Shown: positions 27,598 to 37,954, numbered from the stretch's first letter. The stretch is DNA of 64,000 nt from Candidatus Eiseniibacteriota bacterium (GCA_041946735.1 JBHGAY010000014.1:32001-96000); one strand, 5' to 3'. Program-made: numbers and translations. Notes: generated by a model not told the origin, from the letters alone.

Positions 27598-28914
27598 ATG
27601 TCCCACAGGGGACGGATCATCCTCGGCGCGATCGTCCTCGTGATCGCGGCGATCGTCGTCTGGCGGATCGTCGCGAGGGACGAGGCGCAAGCCACGACGT
27701 TCCGGACCGAGGAGGTGCAGCGCGGCGACGTGCGCGTCACGGTCAGCGCGACCGGCACGCTGAATGCGGTCACGACCGTCCAGGTCGGAAGCCAGGTGAG
27801 CGGAACGATCAGCGCCCTGTACGCGGACTTCAACAGCCCGGTCCACAAGGGCCAGGTGCTCGCCCAGATCGACCCCACGTTTCTCAAAGCGCAGGTGTCG
27901 CAGAGCGAGGCCGACCTCGAGCGGGCGCAGGTCACGCTGCGCCAGGCGGAGCGGGACTACGACCGGCAGAAGCCGCTGCGCGAGCAGGGGCTCGCCTCGC
28001 AGGCGGAGATCGATGCGGCGGAGACGGCGCTCGACGCGGCGCGCGCGGGAGTGAAGTCGGCGCAGGCGGCGCTGTCGCGGGCGCAGACGAACCTGCGCTA
28101 CGCCACGATCACCTCCCCGATCGACGGCACCGTGATCTCCCGGGACGTCGACGTCGGCCAGACCGTCGCCGCCTCGCTCTCGGCGCCGACCCTCTTCACG
28201 ATCGCGCAGGACCTGAGCCAGATGCAGCTCGAGGCGTCGGTCGACGAGGCGGACATCGGGCAGATCCGCGTGAGCCAGCCGACGAGCTTCACGGTCGACG
28301 CCTATCCCGACCAGATCTTCCACGGCGTGGTGGAGCAGATCCGTCTCGCTCCGCAGACGGAGCAGAACGTCGTTTCCTATACCGTCATCGTCCGTGTCGA
28401 CAATCCGGACGGGAAGCTGCTCCCGGGGATGACCGCGAACGCGACGTTCCTCGTCGCGGAGGAGACGAACGTGCTCAAGGTCCCGGTGGCGGCGCTTCGC
28501 TTCCAGCCGAATGGGGCCCGCGGGCCGAGTCGGCCGCCGAGCGGAGGTACCGCTTCTGCGGCGCCGATCGGGCCGGGAGGGCCGGCAGCCGGAGGGCAAG
28601 GCGGGGCAGTGAACGGCGGGCGCCAAGGCGGAAGGATGGACGGGCCGGCTGGCGAGGGGGGGATGAACCATCCGGGAGCGGGCGGCCGCGGAGCGAGGGT
28701 CTGGGTGCTGCACGGAGAGAAGCCTCGGGCGGTGCATGTGGTCCCTGGCCTGAGCGACGGGACGTTCACGGCGGTGCGCTCGGACTCGCTGAGCGAGGGG
28801 ATGGAAGTGATCGTCGGGGCACAGCGGCCGGGCGGCGGGCAGCCGGAACAGGGGCAGGTGAATCCGTTCCTGCCGTCGCCGCGAGGAGGGCGGAGTGGTG
28901 GCGGCCGTCGCTGA
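27598..28914 (+). CDS. Efflux periplasmic adaptor subunit (MacA-like)
   Basis: RBS GGAGGAGG; N-terminal TM; VQVGSQVSG, ITSPIDGTVISR…GQTVAASLSAPTLF, VDEADIG and LLPGMTAN motifs. Confidence 0.92.
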   Translation: MSHRGRIILGAIVLVIAAIVVWRIVARDEAQATTFRTEEVQRGDVRVTVSATGTLNAVTTVQVGSQVSGTISALYADFNSPVHKGQVLAQIDPTFLKAQVSQSEADLERAQVTLRQAERDYDRQKPLREQGLASQAEIDAAETALDAARAGVKSAQAALSRAQTNLRYATITSPIDGTVISRDVDVGQTVAASLSAPTLFTIAQDLSQMQLEASVDEADIGQIRVSQPTSFTVDAYPDQIFHGVVEQIRLAPQTEQNVVSYTVIVRVDNPDGKLLPGMTANATFLVAEETNVLKVPVAALRFQPNGARGPSRPPSGGTASAAPIGPGGPAAGGQGGAVNGGRQGGRMDGPAGEGGMNHPGAGGRGARVWVLHGEKPRAVHVVPGLSDGTFTAVRSDSLSEGMEVIVGAQRPGGGQPEQGQVNPFLPSPRGGRSGGGRR

Positions 28915-29629
28915 TCCGGTCATTCGCGTGACCGACCTCGTCAAGGTCTATGGCGAGGGGGAGAGTCGCGTCGAGGCGCTCCGCGGGATTTCCTTCGAGA
29001 TCCGCCGCGGAGAGATGGTGTCGGTGATGGGGGCTTCGGGCAGCGGAAAGTCGACGCTGATGAACATCCTCGGATGCCTCGACCATCCCACCTCCGGACG
29101 CTACGAGCTGGCCGGGCAGGACGTCTCGAAGCTCGACCGCGACCGCCTCGCCGAGATCCGAAACCAGCTCATCGGTTTCATCTTCCAGAACTTCAACCTG
29201 CTGCCCAGGACCAGCGCGCTCGAGAACGTGGAGCTGCCGATGCTCTACGGCGCCAACGGCGGCGGTGGAATCGCGGAGCGCGCGAGGAAGGCGTTGGCCC
29301 GCGTGGGGCTCGCCGATCGCGCCAACCATGCGCCGAATCAGCTTTCGGGCGGGCAGCAACAGCGGGTCGCGATCGCCCGCGCGCTCGTCAACGACCCGGA
29401 GCTGCTGCTCGCCGACGAACCGACCGGCAACCTCGACACGACGACGTCCTATGAGGTGATGCGGGTGTTCCAGGAGCTGAACCGGGCGGGAATGACGATC
29501 CTGCTGATCACGCACGAGCCGGACATCGCGGCGTTCGGGCGGCGGGTGATCATGATGCGGGACGGCCGGATCGTCGAGGACCGGCCGGTCGCCGAGAAGG
29601 AGCGGCCGTCGATGGAGACGATGAGATGA
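28895..29629 (+). CDS. ABC transporter ATP-binding protein (MacB/LolD-like)
   Basis: [33 protein letters not shown] and [10 protein letters not shown] motifs. Confidence 0.93.
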   Translation: MVAAVADPVIRVTDLVKVYGEGESRVEALRGISFEIRRGEMVSVMGASGSGKSTLMNILGCLDHPTSGRYELAGQDVSKLDRDRLAEIRNQLIGFIFQNFNLLPRTSALENVELPMLYGANGGGGIAERARKALARVGLADRANHAPNQLSGGQQQRVAIARALVNDPELLLADEPTGNLDTTTSYEVMRVFQELNRAGMTILLITHEPDIAAFGRRVIMMRDGRIVEDRPVAEKERPSMETMR

Positions 29630-30849
29630 TGCGATTCTGGCTTCTCCTGCGCGTCGCGCTTCGGGCGATCGCGCGCAACAAGCTCCGCTCCTCCCTGACC
29701 GTGCTGGGGATCATCATCGGCGTCGCCGCGGTGATCGCAATGGTCGCGATCGGCGAGGGGGCCTCGTCGATGGTGAAGTCGCAGATCGCGAGCCTCGGGG
29801 ACAATTTGATCAACATCTTCCCCGGATCGATGACAGGACCGGGCGGACGGCGAGGCGGAGCCGGCTCTGCATCGAGCCTGACCGAAGACGACGCCAAGGC
29901 GATCGCCGAGCAGGTCGATCTCGTGAAGGCGGTGAGTCCTGTCGCGAACTCCGGCGGGCAGATCGTCTACGGCAATCAGAACTGGGCGACGAGCATCGCG
30001 GGCGGCGGGGTCGACTACCTGCAGATCCGCAGCTGGGGCCTCTCGGAGGGGAGCAACTTCTCCGAATCCGCTGTGCGCGGCGGCGCGAAGGTCGCCATCC
30101 TCGGCCAGACCGTCGTGACGAATCTCTTCGGGACGGAGGATCCGATCGGCAAGACGATCCGGATCTCGAAGATGCCGTTTACCGTGATCGGCGTCCTCGA
30201 GGCGAAGGGACAGAACAGCTGGGGGCGGGACCAGGACGACGTGATCGTCGTCCCGTACACGACCGTGATGAAGAAGCTCTCCGGAGCGACGAAGCTGTCG
30301 ATGATCCTCGCGTCGTCGACGTCGATGGAGGAGATGCCGCAGGCGGTCGAGGAGATCACGCAGCTGCTGCGGCAGCGACACCGGCTCCCACCCGGCGAGG
30401 ACGACGACTTCACCGTCCGCACGCAGCAGGACATCTCCGACATTGCCGGCTCCACGGCGCGCGTAATGCGCGTGCTGCTGGCCGCGATCGCCTCGGTCTC
30501 GCTCCTGGTCGGCGGAATCGGGATCATGAACATCATGCTGGTTTCGGTGACGGAGCGGACGCGCGAGATCGGAATCCGGATGGCGGTGGGCGCCAAGGGA
30601 TGGCACGTGCTGGTGCAGTTCCTCTCCGAGTCGGTCGTGCTGGCCTGCTTCGGAGGGCTTCTCGGGATCGCCGTCGGGTTCACGGCCGCGCGGCTCGTCG
30701 CCCGCTTCGCGCGCTGGCCGATCCTGATCTCGCCCGAGGCGGTCGCGCTCGCGTTCCTCTTCGCCGCGGCGATCGGGGTCTTCTTCGGCTTCTGGCCGGC
30801 GAGGAAGGCCTCGCGCCTCGATCCGATCGAGGCGCTGCGCTACGAGTAG
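29626..30849 (+). CDS. ABC transporter permease (MacB-like)
   Basis: RSSLTVLGIIIGVAAVI, GGIGIMNIMLVSVTERTREIGIRMAVGA and PARKASRLDPIEALRYE motifs. Confidence 0.94.
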   Translation: MMRFWLLLRVALRAIARNKLRSSLTVLGIIIGVAAVIAMVAIGEGASSMVKSQIASLGDNLINIFPGSMTGPGGRRGGAGSASSLTEDDAKAIAEQVDLVKAVSPVANSGGQIVYGNQNWATSIAGGGVDYLQIRSWGLSEGSNFSESAVRGGAKVAILGQTVVTNLFGTEDPIGKTIRISKMPFTVIGVLEAKGQNSWGRDQDDVIVVPYTTVMKKLSGATKLSMILASSTSMEEMPQAVEEITQLLRQRHRLPPGEDDDFTVRTQQDISDIAGSTARVMRVLLAAIASVSLLVGGIGIMNIMLVSVTERTREIGIRMAVGAKGWHVLVQFLSESVVLACFGGLLGIAVGFTAARLVARFARWPILISPEAVALAFLFAAAIGVFFGFWPARKASRLDPIEALRYE

Positions 30850-30899
30850 CGCGCTGGCGGCGCGGCAGCGCGGCGGCGCGGCAGCGTCGCCGCCCGGCT

Positions 30900-31607
30900 T
30901 CAGGCCCTGGGCTTGCGGGCGATCGCCGCCACGTAGTCCCCGCGATCGTGCCCCGGGACCGGCTCCTGCACCAGGTCGTTCGAGTACTTCGGGTGCGTCA
31001 GGAGCGTTTGCAGCGTCTGAACGTCGACGAAGCCGGCCGCCTCGAGGCCCGCGAGGATCTCCTCCGTCGCCCGCCAGTTGGCCGCCCCAACGAACTCGAT
31101 CGGGTAGGGCTTCGCGGGGGCGATCTTCTTCAGCTGCGGATCGTCCCAAGAGCCGATGCGGGCGGCGAGCTGGTAGAGCATCCCATAGGAACCGGAGGCG
31201 GGAACGTCGGCGACGACGATCTTCCCGCCGGGACGAAGCACGCGGTTCGCCTCACGCAGGGCCTTGCCGAGATCGGCAAGGTACGCGGGGATGCCGTTCA
31301 GGAGCACCGTGTCGAAACGTCCGTCGGGATGGGGAATCGCCTCGGCCGAGCCCGAGACGACGTCGAGGCCGCGCTTGCGAGCGATCTCCGCCATCGGCTC
31401 GGCCGGCTCGACGCCGTGGCGGACGATGACTCCCGCCTCGCGGAGGATCGATTCGAAGAGCCCGCTGCCGCAGCCGACGCTCAACGCCTCCCCCGGGTCG
31501 CCCAAGGCGATCTGCACGAGGCGAACCTCGCTCGCGAGCACGTTGCGATTCTCGAGGAACCAGGCGTCGTAACGGTCCGCATACTGGTCGAACACGATTC
31601 CCGCCAT
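30900..31607 (-). CDS. Class I SAM-dependent methyltransferase
   Basis: RBS AGGAGGTG then ATG 31607 (MAGIVFDQYADRYDAWF); LSVGCGSG, AEAIP…FD and RVLRPGG motifs. Confidence 0.88.
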   Translation of the reverse strand: MAGIVFDQYADRYDAWFLENRNVLASEVRLVQIALGDPGEALSVGCGSGLFESILREAGVIVRHGVEPAEPMAEIARKRGLDVVSGSAEAIPHPDGRFDTVLLNGIPAYLADLGKALREANRVLRPGGKIVVADVPASGSYGMLYQLAARIGSWDDPQLKKIAPAKPYPIEFVGAANWRATEEILAGLEAAGFVDVQTLQTLLTHPKYSNDLVQEPVPGHDRGDYVAAIARKPRA

Positions 31608-31883
31608 CCTTCGCTCACCTCCTGCCATCCGCTTCTGCGGCCGGCCGCTCGGGGACGATCGGGCGACCTCCGGCCTGGCGAAGACCGAGCATACACCGGG
31701 AAGCGCTGGACGGGAGCCGGGCGGGGCCGGGCCGGTAAGCACGCGGCTGAACACGCTTCCAGGCACGCCTCTGAGCACGCCTCTTGCGGCCGCGAGGGTC
31801 GTCCGTTACGAATTGACCATTGGTGCCGAGGGGCGCAAAGAGAGCTTCTCATTCCCCCGATCGAAGGAAGGAGGATACTCGCC

Positions 31884-32786
31884 GTGAAGTATCGACCTGT
31901 TCCCGGGATCGCGCGAAGTGTTCGCGCCCCGCTGGCAACTCTCGCCGTGTTCGGGATCGCTCTCCTGTTCGCCGGCCTGGGCTGCTCCGATGACAATGAA
32001 ACGAAGCCGCCGGAAGAGCTGGCGCCGCCAACGAGCCTGGACGCCGTCAATGGAGACGGGGAGATCGTGTTGACGTGGGATGCCAGTCCGGACGAGGGGG
32101 CGACCAACTTCGACGGCTACGAGATCTACCGCGGCACGCAGTCCCTGGCCAGCTTGACGCTCCAGCAGCTCGAGCAGTACAGGATCGGGCACGCTGGGGA
32201 GACGGTCCATACCTATACCGACAACGTGACGAACGGCACGCTGTACTACTATCACGTTCGTTCGATCAATACGGCCGACGACCAGAGCGAGGCGTCGAAC
32301 GAGATCACGGCCGCGGGGCGGGCCGAAGGGACCGACGTGATCATCGAGGAGTTCGAGGCCGAGGGCGCGAGCGGGTTCAACTTCGCCTCCGGAGACCCGG
32401 TCGCCCTCGATCAGTCGAACGAGGACCGGTTCACTCTGACCGACATCTATCTCGGCACCGGAGCGTCCGACGACGATCCCGGTTCTCCGCTCGCCCTCAA
32501 GAGCCCGCACCTCCTCTCCAGGCTGAACGCAGAGTGGGACTCGCGCATCGCGCAGATCAAGCTCCTCGGCAATGGCGCCGACTCCTGGGAGACGCGCACG
32601 ACGAACGACACCGGCATGTCGAACCAGTCGGGCGTCGATGCCGTGGGGAACGTCTACGCGATCAAGACCCCGGACAACCACTGGGGAAAGATCTGGGTGC
32701 AGGAGATCGACGACGCGAATCCGGGGAGCCGAAAGATCACCTTCCGCTACGCGTATCAGCCGACGGCCGGACTCGCGCAGTTCTAG
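31884..32786 (+). CDS. Lipoprotein with fibronectin type III domain and HmuY/DUF4466-like C-terminal domain
   Basis: RBS AGGAGG then GTG 31884; lipobox (AGLG-C); FN3 (LTWDAS…GYEIYR…YTD…YYYHVRS); C-terminal YAIKT…WGKIWV…ITFRYAYQP. Confidence 0.75.
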   Translation: MKYRPVPGIARSVRAPLATLAVFGIALLFAGLGCSDDNETKPPEELAPPTSLDAVNGDGEIVLTWDASPDEGATNFDGYEIYRGTQSLASLTLQQLEQYRIGHAGETVHTYTDNVTNGTLYYYHVRSINTADDQSEASNEITAAGRAEGTDVIIEEFEAEGASGFNFASGDPVALDQSNEDRFTLTDIYLGTGASDDDPGSPLALKSPHLLSRLNAEWDSRIAQIKLLGNGADSWETRTTNDTGMSNQSGVDAVGNVYAIKTPDNHWGKIWVQEIDDANPGSRKITFRYAYQPTAGLAQF

Positions 32787-32868
32787 GGCTTCTCGCCTTA
32801 CAGCCCGTCGCCGCTTAGCCGGCGGCGGTCGCATGATGCAGCCGGGGCTCGTTCGGGCCCCGGCTTCG

Positions 32869-33735
32869 TCATCCTTCCCGCAGATCGGCAGCCGGCTGGT
32901 CGAGAGGGAGCAGGCGGGCTCTGCGCCGGCGGTCGACTGCCGTGCGGATCGTCCAGGTGAGGCTGTAGGCCACGAACAGCACGAGCGTGATCACCGCGCC
33001 CGAGGGAAGATCGAGCAGGTAGGAGAGGAACATTCCGAGGGGGACCGAGCCGATGCCGATCGCGAGCGCATAGGCCTGCGTGGAGCCGAAGCGACGGCCG
33101 AGCAGAAGCGCCCAGGATCCAGGCACGACGAGCAGCGCGGTGACGAGGATCGCGCCGACCACCTTCATCGCGGCGACCACGTTCAGCGCCACCAGGACGA
33201 GGAGCAGGAAGCGCATCGCTTCGACCGGCACCCCCTCGACGCGCGCCAGCTCCTCATGGAAGGTCGCGGAGCGCAGCGAGCGCGCCTTCCCGAGCACGAC
33301 CGCGAAGGTCAGGATCGAGACGGCGGCGGCGAAGATGAGGTCCGCCGGGAGCACCGCCAGGATGTTTCCGAAGAGAAAGCTGAAGACGTCCTGCGTGTAG
33401 GTGCGGCGCAGCGAGAGGAAGATCACTCCCAGCGCCATCGCGGCGGTCACGAGGATTCCGATCGCGCTGTCCTCCGAAACCTCCCCCTTCCGCGTCCAGT
33501 AGGCGAGAACGAGGGCGAGCAGGCAGGCGAAAAGCGCGCCGCCGATCGAGAGGTTCCCGCCGAGAAGCAGAGCGAGCGCCGCTCCGCCGAAGGCCGCATG
33601 CGCGAGGCCGTGACCGGCGAACGCCATCCGGCGGAGAACGATGTAGGGGGAGAGCAGCGCGCACGAGGCGGCGACGAGACTGCCGGCCGCAAGGGCCCGT
33701 CGCAGGAAGCCGAGGGTGAACCAGTCCTGGAGCAT
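32869..33735 (-). CDS. Zn/Mn ABC transporter permease (ZnuB/MntB-like)
   Basis: ATG 33735; RRMAFAGHGLAHAAFGG, FLFGNIL and VGAILVTALLVVP motifs. Confidence 0.9.
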   Translation of the reverse strand: MLQDWFTLGFLRRALAAGSLVAASCALLSPYIVLRRMAFAGHGLAHAAFGGAALALLLGGNLSIGGALFACLLALVLAYWTRKGEVSEDSAIGILVTAAMALGVIFLSLRRTYTQDVFSFLFGNILAVLPADLIFAAAVSILTFAVVLGKARSLRSATFHEELARVEGVPVEAMRFLLLVLVALNVVAAMKVVGAILVTALLVVPGSWALLLGRRFGSTQAYALAIGIGSVPLGMFLSYLLDLPSGAVITLVLFVAYSLTWTIRTAVDRRRRARLLPLDQPAADLREG

Positions 33736-34451
33736 CAGTGGTGGTGGTCGAGGAAGAGGTTGTGGACCCCATAGCTCTCGATCAGGCATCCCTCGTCGAG
33801 GTCCTTCGGCGATCCGCGGAAATGGATCCCGCGGGCGACGCAGATCACCTCGTCGCTGTGCGTCGTGACGACGGTGAAGTCGTGGCTGACCATGATGACG
33901 GTCAGCTCGCTCTGACCGCGCAGCCGCTCCAACAGGTGGAGGAAGAGGTCCAGCGCTTGCGCATCGACCCCGAGCGTCGGCTCGTCGAGGAGCAGCAGGC
34001 GGGGCCGGCGCACGAGGGCGCGGGCGAGGAAGAGTCTCTGCCGCTCTCCCCCGCTCAACGATCCGGCCGGCTTGCCGGACAGCGGAGCGAGTCCGGTCTC
34101 CTCCAGGACCTGCTCGACGATCCGGCGGCGCTCCGCGCGGCTCCCTGCGGCCACGCCCATCTCGACCACTTCGCGCACCAGGGCCGGAAAGCGAAAGTCG
34201 AAGGCCGGGCTCTGCGGAACGTAGCCGATCTCGCGGCTCTGTCCAGGAGGAAGGCCGAGAACGCGTACCGTCCCGCCATCCGGCTTCTCGAGGCCCACGA
34301 GGACGCGGAGCAAGGTCGACTTCCCTCCACCGTTGGGACCGACGACGCCCAGGAAGCGGCCGCGTCCGACCGTCAGGTCGATGCCGGAGAGGATCGTGAC
34401 GCCGCCGAGCACGACCCGCAGGTCGCGCACTTCGACCGCAGGGACGCTCAT
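33735..34451 (-). CDS. Zn/Mn ABC transporter ATP-binding protein (ZnuC-like)
   Basis: GPNGGGKST, IGYVPQ, LSGGERQR, LDEPT and VSHD motifs; His-rich C-terminus. Confidence 0.92.
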   Translation of the reverse strand: MSVPAVEVRDLRVVLGGVTILSGIDLTVGRGRFLGVVGPNGGGKSTLLRVLVGLEKPDGGTVRVLGLPPGQSREIGYVPQSPAFDFRFPALVREVVEMGVAAGSRAERRRIVEQVLEETGLAPLSGKPAGSLSGGERQRLFLARALVRRPRLLLLDEPTLGVDAQALDLFLHLLERLRGQSELTVIMVSHDFTVVTTHSDEVICVARGIHFRGSPKDLDEGCLIESYGVHNLFLDHHH

Positions 34452-35356
34452 CGCTTCTCCCCCAAGGCGTCGGTCAGGGAATCGACGACGGAGAGGAGGA
34501 ACTGCTCGTAGGTCTGGCCCGCCTGGGCTCCGCCGATCAGATCGATCGTGCGCACCGGGACCCCGGTCTCTCTGCCGACGACGCGAGCGAGCTGATCGGA
34601 GATCTGTGGTTCGGAGAAGACGACCTTCGCGCCGGTCCGCCGGATCGTGTCGACCACGCCGGCCAGATAGCGGGGTGTCGGCTCGCGACCGGAATACGGC
34701 TCGATGAGGGCGACCTGGCGCAAACCGTAGCGCGCCACCAGGTGGTTCAGGCCGCCGTGGAAGGCGACGAATGGAACTTCGCGCACCGGCTCGAGCCTTT
34801 GCGCGATCCTTCGGTCCAGATCACGGTACCGCTCGGCGACGACGCGGCCGCGGGCTCGGAGCGTGTCGGCCGCTTCGGGGCGGAGGCTCGCGTAGATCCC
34901 TCCGATCCTCTCGGCGACCGTCGCGGCCTTGATCGGATCGAGCCAGATGTGCGGATCCCCCTCGGGCTCGTCGGAGGAAGCCGTCGGTTCGGGGCCCGGA
35001 AGGTCGTGGCCGAGCCTCTCGATGCGCGCGCCCGGGCTCGCTCCGGCGGCCAGCCTCTCGGACCAGACGTCGAGGCCGCGGCCGATGGTCAGATGGACGT
35101 CGGCTCGGGAGAGCGCGCGAACGGCATCGGGACCGGGCTCGAAATCGTGCGGGGAAGCGCCGGGCGGCAAGACGACGTGGACTTCGACGGCGTCCCCCCC
35201 GACCTCTCCCGCGATCGCCCCGAGCGGCGGGATCGAAGCGGAGACTACGAGCTTGGGATCGCGTGGTCGCGAGCGGGAACAGGAGCCAGCGGCCACCAGC
35301 CCGGCAAGCGTCATGAAGAGAACGACAGGGCGCCCGTATCTTCTTGCGAGATGCAT
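34448..35356 (-). CDS. Zn/Mn ABC transporter substrate-binding lipoprotein (ZnuA/TroA family)
   Basis: SPHDFEP, DPHIWLDP, FHGG and EP metal-site motifs; lipobox-like AAGSC. Start uncertain. Confidence 0.88.
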   Translation of the reverse strand: MHLARRYGRPVVLFMTLAGLVAAGSCSRSRPRDPKLVVSASIPPLGAIAGEVGGDAVEVHVVLPPGASPHDFEPGPDAVRALSRADVHLTIGRGLDVWSERLAAGASPGARIERLGHDLPGPEPTASSDEPEGDPHIWLDPIKAATVAERIGGIYASLRPEAADTLRARGRVVAERYRDLDRRIAQRLEPVREVPFVAFHGGLNHLVARYGLRQVALIEPYSGREPTPRYLAGVVDTIRRTGAKVVFSEPQISDQLARVVGRETGVPVRTIDLIGGAQAGQTYEQFLLSVVDSLTDALGEKR

Positions 35357-35470
35357 CGATCCGAATCTAGACCGGCGTATCGGAAAAGGCAATTCGGCCA
35401 TGAAACGAGATTCATTCGAAAGGATGCGACGATCGGGAACTTCTCCGATACGGTCCTGGTATAGGGACGC

Positions 35471-35690
35471 GTGACGCAAGGGGAGCAATCAACAAAGGGT
35501 TCCCCCGACGGCCGAAAGGGTCGGGAACGTCACCCAGGTTTGAAAGTCTGAGCTGGTCTTCCCGGGCTGTGATTCGCGTGGGGCTTGGAGCAACAATCAT
35601 CGTTGGTCCGTGGCCTCCCGGACTCCCGGTTGCACCGGCTCGATCCACCGGAAGCCCCGGGGCGAGTGGTTCGCTCCGGGGCTTTCGCTT
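35471..35690 (+). ncRNA. Candidate structured RNA or leader ending in an intrinsic terminator, upstream of ispG
   Basis: Extended -10-like TGgTATAGG at 35457-35465; nested stems with a GAAA loop; strong hairpin at 35652-35684 followed by a pyrimidine tract. Confidence 0.35.
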
Positions 35691-35846
35691 TCGCTTCCCC
35701 TTCCCGTTCCCCATCCCCATCCCCTTCGCCTTCACCCATCACCATCTTCCTCTTCGCTCCGCGCCTTTCTTCGCTCCGGGCCTCCGCGTTTCCGCCGGGT
35801 GCTGGTGCTATCCTCTCCGGAACCGAGGGGAGGGGGTGTGAGCGCG

Positions 35847-37934
35847 ATGTTTCGCAGGCCGAGCCGGGAGGTCCGGATCGGCCCGCTTCGGATCGGAGCG
35901 GACAACCCGATCCTGATCCAGTCGATGACGGTTGCCGACACGCTCGATACCGAGGCCGTGGCGGCTGAGATCGAGCAGCTCGCGGCGGCCGGCTGCCCGC
36001 TCGTTCGCGTCACCGTCCCCCACCTTCCTGCCGCAGACAACCTCCCTGCGATCCGCGAAGCTCTCCGGCGGCGCGGCGTGACGGTGCCACTCGTCGCGGA
36101 CATCCATTTCAAGCCCGCCGCCGCGCTCGCCTCGATCCGATGGGTCGAGAAGGTCCGGATCAATCCCGGAAACTATGTGGATCGCAAGCGCTTCGCGGTA
36201 CGCGAGTACACGGACGACGACTATGCGGCGGAGCTGGGGCGGATCCGGGAGGAGTTCGCTCCTCTCGTCGCGCGGCTGGCGGAAACGGGCACCGCGCTCA
36301 GGATCGGGACGAACCATGGCTCTCTCAGCGACCGCATCGTCAACCGTTACGGCGACACTCCGGAGGGGATGGTCGAGTCAGCGCTCGAATTCGTTCGGAT
36401 CTGCGAATCGCTCGACTATCGCGACATCGTCCTCTCGATGAAGTCTTCCGTCCCCTCCGTCATGGTCGCCGCCAATCGTCTGCTGGCCGCGCGGATGGCG
36501 GAGGAAGGAATGGAGTATCCGATCCACCTCGGCGTCACCGAGGCGGGAGGCGGACTTGAGGGCCGGATCAAGTCGGCGATCGGTATCGGCGCGCTCCTGA
36601 TGGAGGGGATCGGCGACACGATCCGGGTCTCGCTGACCGAGGACTCCGTCCACGAAATCGAGGCGTGCCGCCGCGTCCTCGTGGCCGCCGAGAAGCACCG
36701 GGAGCCGCTTCACTGGGCGCCCGCGCAGCGCGTCTCCTTCCCGCGCCGCGAGACGCGCGACGGGCGAATCGGTGCGCTGCGTTTCGGGGGCAAGACGCCC
36801 TGCCGTGTGGAAGGGCCGGTGGGAGCCGATCCGGAAACCGATCCAAGAGGAGCGGCCGCCGAAGCCGTGGCGCTTCTCCGGCCCGCGGATCCGGTCTCCC
36901 CGCGCGCGGTCGCCGAGCTGATCCGCGTGCAGTCCCCGCGTTCGCTCTCCCTCGGCGCCCTCGAAGAGTTCCACGAAGCGCTGCGCGAGGGATTCGGCCC
37001 CGTGCGGCGCGGCGGGAGGAACGGCGAGGACGCCGGCGACGGCGACGACGGCGGCGCCAGCGGCGTCCCGTTGCTCCTCGAGATCGATCTTCGCCAGCCG
37101 GGCGAGATCCACGCCCTCGAGCCGCTCCTGCCGCTGCTCGACGGCGTCGGCGCGCGGCTGGCTTCCGGCTCTCCGCTCGATCCCGATCGGATCGGCCTGC
37201 TCGCCCGCCTCGCGCGGCGCCGGGGTAAGGCGATCCGCTTCAGGATCGAAGAGGCGGAGCCGTCGCGGGCGGCGGAGAGCGCCGCCGCTCTCGCTCGCGT
37301 CGCGCTCGGAGAAGGCTTGGAGCCCGAAGCGATCAGTTTCCTCTTGGCGGGTGACCGGATGGCGGGCGCGATGCGCGAGGCGGCTCGCCGGCTCGACGCC
37401 GATCCGGCGACGGCCGGCATTCCGCTCTGGATCGAGGCGCCCGGCGATCCGATCGAGGCCGCCGTCGTCGCCGGTTCGCTCTTGATCGACGGCCTCGGCG
37501 ACGGCCTGACGATCCCCGGCGCCGCGGAACACGCGATTCCGGGAGCGGACGGTCAGCTGCGGAGCGATCCCGTGCGTCTCGCCTACACGATCCTGCAGGG
37601 ATGCCGGCTGAGGCTGACCCGCGCGGAGTTCATCGCCTGCCCGTCCTGCGGGCGGACGCTCTTCGATCTCCAGTCGACCACGCGGAGGATCCAGGAGAGG
37701 ACGGCGCATCTGAGCGGCGTCAAGATCGCCGTGATGGGATGCATCGTGAACGGCCCGGGAGAGATGGCAGACGCCGACTTCGGCTACGTTGGCAGCGCTC
37801 CGGGGAAAGTCGATCTGTACGTGGGGCGCACGAGGGTGAGGCAGGGAATCCCGGCGGAGGAGGCGGATCAGCGCCTCGTCGACCTCATCCGGGAGCATGG
37901 GATGTGGGTGGACCCGCCGGGCGCGACCCGCTAG
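35847..37934 (+). CDS. ispG: (E)-4-hydroxy-3-methylbut-2-enyl-diphosphate synthase, long form with insertion domain
   Basis: IQSMT, PLVADIHF, RINPGN, RIGTNHGSLS, HLGVTEAG, GDTIRVSLT, CPSCGR and MGCIVNGPGE motifs. Confidence 0.96.
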   Translation: MFRRPSREVRIGPLRIGADNPILIQSMTVADTLDTEAVAAEIEQLAAAGCPLVRVTVPHLPAADNLPAIREALRRRGVTVPLVADIHFKPAAALASIRWVEKVRINPGNYVDRKRFAVREYTDDDYAAELGRIREEFAPLVARLAETGTALRIGTNHGSLSDRIVNRYGDTPEGMVESALEFVRICESLDYRDIVLSMKSSVPSVMVAANRLLAARMAEEGMEYPIHLGVTEAGGGLEGRIKSAIGIGALLMEGIGDTIRVSLTEDSVHEIEACRRVLVAAEKHREPLHWAPAQRVSFPRRETRDGRIGALRFGGKTPCRVEGPVGADPETDPRGAAAEAVALLRPADPVSPRAVAELIRVQSPRSLSLGALEEFHEALREGFGPVRRGGRNGEDAGDGDDGGASGVPLLLEIDLRQPGEIHALEPLLPLLDGVGARLASGSPLDPDRIGLLARLARRRGKAIRFRIEEAEPSRAAESAAALARVALGEGLEPEAISFLLAGDRMAGAMREAARRLDADPATAGIPLWIEAPGDPIEAAVVAGSLLIDGLGDGLTIPGAAEHAIPGADGQLRSDPVRLAYTILQGCRLRLTRAEFIACPSCGRTLFDLQSTTRRIQERTAHLSGVKIAVMGCIVNGPGEMADADFGYVGSAPGKVDLYVGRTRVRQGIPAEEADQRLVDLIREHGMWVDPPGATR

Positions 37935-37954
37935 GAATTCCCACCGGAGGATTC

